A DNA stretch of 64,000 nucleotides from Octopus vulgaris (lineage: Eukaryota). The stretch's first letter is position 1. The number at the start of each line of letters is the position of its first letter. The notes under the pieces were generated by a model. That model worked only from the letters and a program-made list of their open reading frames with translations, searched no databases and had not been told where the DNA came from. The DNA lies in the NCBI GenBank assembly GCA_951406725.2, contig OX597827.1:61380001-61444000 (forward strand), read 5' to 3'. Positions 63,954 to 64,000 of the stretch are shown here, piece by piece. A program made the translations under genes and the position numbers.

Positions 63954-64000
63954 GTATGTATGTATGTATGTATGTATGTGTGTGTGTATATGTTTGTATG
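63735..64000 (+). mobile_element. SINE family A 5' half, runs off the window
   Basis: ccacatggttccgggttcagtc...gaaactgaaagaagccc followed by microsatellite. Confidence 0.8.

Overview
AT-rich, microsatellite-saturated eukaryotic DNA. The SINE and LINE families look like those of Octopus (recognised from memory, not from a search). Almost all ORFs in the supplied track are microsatellite or SINE artefacts. The only host-gene signal found is a short minus-strand coding exon at 57024-57066 (MADGGRRARVLILG-G, a Rossmann-fold-like start followed by a GTAAGA donor). No next exon was found, so most of the window may be one intron of more than 57 kb. The rest is tRNA-derived SINEs, degenerate non-LTR retrotransposons (Tx1-like RT with YADD, RTE, R4/Dong-like), DNA-transposon remnants and MITEs (mariner, Tc1/maT, hAT, piggyBac-like, Merlin/MULE-like, Helitron-like), and simple repeats. 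Best leads: (1) several type I hammerhead ribozyme motifs of Penelope/retrozyme style, two with unusually long stem II, the best-preserved all antisense to the putative host gene; (2) a diverged but strictly 40-bp-phased array whose units carry a TAAT(CC) site and a CTCF-like palindrome; (3) an E-box cluster and a dispersed TTACARTCACAC motif 1-4 kb into the intron; (4) an apparent CpG-depletion boundary near 31 kb; (5) retroelements that appear to target specific microsatellites or one exact site inside another SINE.
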